Positions 59,347 to 64,000 of a stretch of DNA of 64,000 bases are shown here, in pieces. The DNA lies in contig VJWM01000134.1 in NCBI GenBank assembly GCA_010909165.1, forward strand, positions 661,812-725,811, in the 5' to 3' direction. Position 1 is the first letter of the stretch; each line of letters begins with the position of its first letter. Source of the DNA: Anthoceros angustus. Taxonomy: Eukaryota; Plantae; Anthocerotophyta. A program made the translations under genes and the position numbers. The notes beneath the pieces are model-generated. The model had not been told where the DNA came from and searched no databases. It saw only the letters and a program-made list of their open reading frames with translations.

Positions 59347-59800
59347 CACTACTACAAAACATATGGTTTTTAACGCACCATATATCACGAAAGTTCTCTC
59401 GTGATATTGGTGTTATAAAATAATAACGCATACTTGATTATAACGTGAATGGCTGTTGGACGCCACACTCCACCGTAAGCATAATAACGTGCCATGTCCC
59501 CGTGATACATTTGCCCTTTGTGACCGGATAAATCTTGTTCACGCCTTTGTAACCGGATAAATTCCCTGCTCACCCAAGCAGTTGGTAGCGCCGCACCGTG
59601 TTGTACCCGATGTCCCCTTCTCGTGTGTAGCATGCGTGTTGCATGCAAAGTAGCCAAGTCACTGATCCGGAGGGCATGGCATGCCACATGGGCCAAGTAA
59701 ATAGCCGTTACCTGATCCGGAGGGCATGGCAATGTGCCATATGGGCCAAGTAGCCAGCCAAGTTATCAGATCCGGAGGCGCCATGTCCCGGCTAGCACCA
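59347..59800 (+). mobile_element. Probable CACTA/EnSpm transposon terminus with subterminal repeats
   Basis: CACTACTACAAAA at 59347, then short repeated words (ATAACG/TAACGC, CCGGATAAAT x2) and GATCCGGAGG x3 (59660-59780). The opposite end and a transposase were not identified. Confidence 0.5.
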
Positions 59801-62800
59801 TAGGAACCGGGTTGAGGGCCACCAACTGGGCATGCTTAAGGGAACGAACTATGTACTGAGTTGTGGTTTGAACCCTGGTTTGCCCCTAGCCTAGCCCGCT
59901 TGATGTTCTATAACTTCTAAAAGGACAACTGGTAGCAAGGTCGACCGTTGGTCACCCCTTTTCGAGTACCGTTTATCTACCACCGCGACACATGAGTGTA
60001 CGAAGTATGAGGGGGTTACTTTTTGATGTGAACACAAATGTAGTCCCCAAGCTTGTCGTGACACCGTCATGTCCAGCAAGCCCAAAAGCCATCACTAGGC
60101 ATGTCAAACTCAAGTGCTGCTCCTCAAAACACAATCTCCAAAATTGCCTAATGCCTCATCGCTGTGCTACACATGTGTATTCGCCTTTGAAAAACCTACG
60201 ATCTCCATGCGCCGTAGCTGCGTGCACGCCCACTACCACAATGCCGTAATGTCCGAGGCTCAAAGATGAATGCATATGTCTTGCCAACCAGCGAACCTTC
60301 CGCTACCAATGCAAAGGGCGTCCTCACGATGGCATTGCAAGCTCCGAAAGCACCTGAATGCACATTTATTAGACATAAAATACAATAGCACACAAAGGCC
60401 CTGTGATGCGTTGTAAATGAAGGGCATGCGAAAAAGGGTGATGCCCCGATGCATATCAACCTCCATGGACACAATCTTGGGATTGACCGGCGATCTTGCG
60501 AGGCGCTCGATGGAATTCATGGAGTGGGACGAAGAGGGCCCTGTCCACTACAACCAGGCATTTTGGGATCACGGTGAATGAGGCGAACTCGCACAATTTT
60601 GGCCCCACTGTGAGCTCGAGGTCACTGGATCTCCCCAGCTCCAACTCAAGTAGGCTTCCTTCACCGCATGGTCTCCAACCACGTCCACCTGACCCGGATG
60701 CTTGGCCTTGGGTCACCTTCAAAGGTGGCTCAGGTCGACAATCATCACGAAACTTCCGTCGATGGAGTGGGACAAAAACATCTTGCTCACGGGTCCCGGC
60801 CTCAAGAACGATTGGGATGTTCAAGAGATGTGTGACGCCCCTCGGTCCTCTACCACATCGGCCACAAATATGCCCAATTCCTTGGCTCGGGTCCACCATG
60901 CCTTGCCCCAACCTCGATGCACATCCAACCCACCACTTCCGACATTGCTTGCACCGCGATGGAGCGCAATGGCGGGTCCCGCATCATCATTGCCGAGACG
61001 CTGATGATAGGCTTTCCATACTAAACATCCATTGGTACGAGTGTGACCCAACACATGACCCGCCTCAATGGTCCGTGATTACGCCCGGGTCAAGGATACA
61101 AGACGCCCTTGCGACACGGTGGATCACGTAATGTGACCGTATACATTTCCCGAGCACGCCACTCGCATTCACCCCATCGGACGCTGAACAGCAATGGATG
61201 ATATGCACACCAATACATGCTAGGTGGGATAGTTCAAGTCGACTAAGGGAAAAACTAAGATGTCGATTAGTGGGGTCCCAGTGCAACTGGGTAAATACAC
61301 ATAATTATAAATGGGTCAAAATATGTTTCTTTGTGGAATGGGATCATTAATTACCAGGACCGACTCCAATTGGACTCATATCACAACCTAAATTGCGTGC
61401 ACCGATCTGTTTGCAGACCACCATTCTGCTTCCTATGGCCTAGTAGCCACGGGGAATGCCGAGATGCACAAGGCGCCGCTGATGTCCGCTATTTCAATGG
61501 GTTTTCGAGGATGTGGCAACACCTTTCATGTTGCCATTTCATATTGGAGGGTTTGTGGCAAGGGTTTCCACAACAGGGTTTAATGACAAAATATATGTAG
61601 GGGTGCATTTTAACCTCCGCCCATACACGCCAACATAGCTCATGTTCACCATTAAAAACAAAACATGGCATCATACCACATGCAAACCCCTACCTAAACC
61701 GAGCTTGTCATGTCCATGGGCACATACGCACTAATGCTCTACGAACGAATCCGGGCGGTGCGGTCCTCACGCTATGGCGTGTGTAATGCCACCGTCCTTC
61801 ACACGCCCTATCCTGGCTCTTCGATGCCCAAGGCTTTCGATTGAAGTATGCCTTGAAATCCACAACCCCCATGGCCATTATCACCCCACACACTTCTTGT
61901 CCGCCTTTCAAACAACTCCAACTCCGCCTGCACAAGCTTATCGCGGTGCTTGCGTGAGCCATCAGGCGCCCGAGGAGAAAGTGCGAGAGGAGCCCGGCCT
62001 GGCCGATGAGGGCTGCTCATGCTTGGTCGTTCTCGTAATGTGTGGAGGTATCCGGGATGTTGGCCCCAATTACGTGAGCCATGGTCCTCCTGTTAATCGC
62101 AACCCCGACCCTACATTACAAGCCAAAACGAATTTAAGTTGTGTGGCGCAACAAGTGACAACAAAGTGGCAACAAGCAAACTCCCAAACTCGGACTCGGG
62201 CAGCAATTGGGAGCACAACGTCTTACCAGAAGACGCTCAAATTCCACACCTCACGAGCTGTGGGCCGAAATCGCGCCAAGAGAGACAGTGTGGCTTGGAA
62301 AAGAGGGGATCGATGCATCCTTCTTATGGGAAACGGGTTACCATTGGGATAGCGCCACGTGTCCGAGGAAAACGTGACAACGAAGTTCGCCTGCGTGCGC
62401 AAAGGCATGTGTTGGAGCGAAGGCATCGCGCATGCAAGAGGACGCACTCGAAAGTTGTCAGCGGTGTGATGAGTGGTCAAGGAAAATCACAAGGGTGGAT
62501 ATACCTAAACTAAGTAGTTCATACTGGATTATATAATCGCTGCTTTCGCGGCCTTGGTCAAGGAGGCACCCAAAGCAGTCAATACGATTGCCATCACCAC
62601 GGCCATGGCGGTGGCGATTTGTAGTCGGCATAGTTGATGGTGACTACGCCCCCGCCAAACGTGAAAGTACCACGCCCGAAGGCGTGTTGCAGTGCACCGG
62701 CTCTATGGCGGCCTTTTTCCATCTCACATATGCGAACACATTTTGCGCAATCGATCTGTGAGGAGGGAAAAGGATGGTGCAATGCTTGATGTCGATAGAA

Positions 62801-64000
62801 GTGCGGCCATGCACCCATGGTCGGACGGGCAAAACAACGGATAGGGAGGAACGCGATAGGGAAGAACGCGATAGCCTTAGCGACGGCAAACAAACTGGAT
62901 AGGGAGGAGCGCGATGAAACGCTGCCGCGAGATGTCGCAATGAAGGCGTGAAATGTGCGTGCCGTGGCGAATCGCGCCCATGACAGCGAGATGGCGTGTG
63001 GGGAATCGTGCAACCAAAGGTTCTAACCATGAATGTTCGACTTAGTCTCGGCGTGTTGTGTCTTTGCAGGGGACCGCAGGAGGCGTGTTGTGTCGGACGA
63101 TGAGCTGTGGAAGAGAAACCTAGCGAGCCGGTGGAAAGGGGGTTAAGGTGGCGGCGTCGGGATTGGGGTCAAAACATGGCCCTGATCGGGTTCCAGCAGA
63201 GGGATTTGCCATTTTGCGGGCGAGCCACTCATACAAATGGTGAGGCGGACAATGCAAGATGCGTCATGAGTGGCAGCCAGCACCACCAATTGTCATTCAT
63301 CGCCTCCACTTGGAGGGCTCAATTATGAGGCATCTCTCATTTGTGACTACTACCTCTTCTTGAGCAACACAACAATCATTTTTCTCTGGTTTGTGTGGTA
63401 TCTTGTAGGATTTTCGTCTAAGCGGCGACATGGCCCATGAGTGGGTGGAGATTGGAGGAGGGCTCCTATCATGGGTGGAGAATCAGCCGAGGAGGGTCGG
63501 GTGCACCTCGATGATTACACAACAAAATGATCGTCTAGTAGATAAAATTTTGAAGCTTATTTTTTGTATCCTTGAGAATTCTAGTAGTTAATAGAAAAAC
63601 AAAATATGAGATTATAATCATTTGCAAAGAGCTCCATATTTATAAAAGAAAAGATACTTAAACAAATAAACTAAAATACTAAATGATTGATCCTTTTTTA
63701 CTATCTACAACGTTTACTTCTTTGCTTGGTTTTAGAAAATCACACTCCTTCTTTAATATCAAGTACATGATTTGGGATATAGCACCTGTGGAATGGGGTT
63801 TTGCATCCGAAGGTGCAAAGAGGCCACATTTACCCTCTACGTCGTTATAGTCCTGAGATTCGATCCCAAGGGAATGGTTTTGTGTCAGTTGTTCCAAAAC
63901 TAGGACTCTAGCCCTACCACGATCGATCACTACCTCTCCATATCCGGCTACCATGCCCAAACCCACCGTGGAGGACTCAACCAACTGCAGTTGGCTGGTC

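Noticed and set aside
63679-64000. Minus-strand ORF running off the window edge
   Set aside because: About 100 aa with no recognisable motif; cannot be supported without adjacent sequence.

Overview
Eukaryotic, land-plant-type DNA; short GT-AG introns and compact gene spacing suggest a non-seed plant (inference only). Layout: (1) 1024-8888, a complete Ty1/copia element with 237-bp LTRs, a GCGTG target-site duplication and a 2.3-kb extra 3' region. (2) 10.8-23.8 kb, a gene island: a 12-exon P1B-2 Zn/Cd ATPase (HMA2/3/4-like) with a Cys/His-rich N-terminal extension and a Cys-Cys repeat tail, a 20S proteasome alpha-4 gene (PAD1) inside a ~1.57-kb tandem duplication, and two tandem bHLH-zipper genes. 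(3) 24-35.5 kb, GC-rich repeats, a ~290-bp satellite, an array of perfect palindromes and unidentified sequence. (4) 35576-59237, a minus-strand non-chromovirus Ty3/gypsy array, LTR-internal-LTR-internal-LTR. Its LTRs are ~4.2-4.3 kb and each appears to contain a ~2.8-kb sense coding region; this is the most unusual feature. (5) A probable CACTA terminus at 59347. Single-copy genes are frameshift-free, while repeated DNA is full of 1-4 nt indels. These look like unpolished long-read errors, so frameshifts in repeats cannot be read as proof of inactivity. No rRNA, tRNA gene or CRISPR array was seen.
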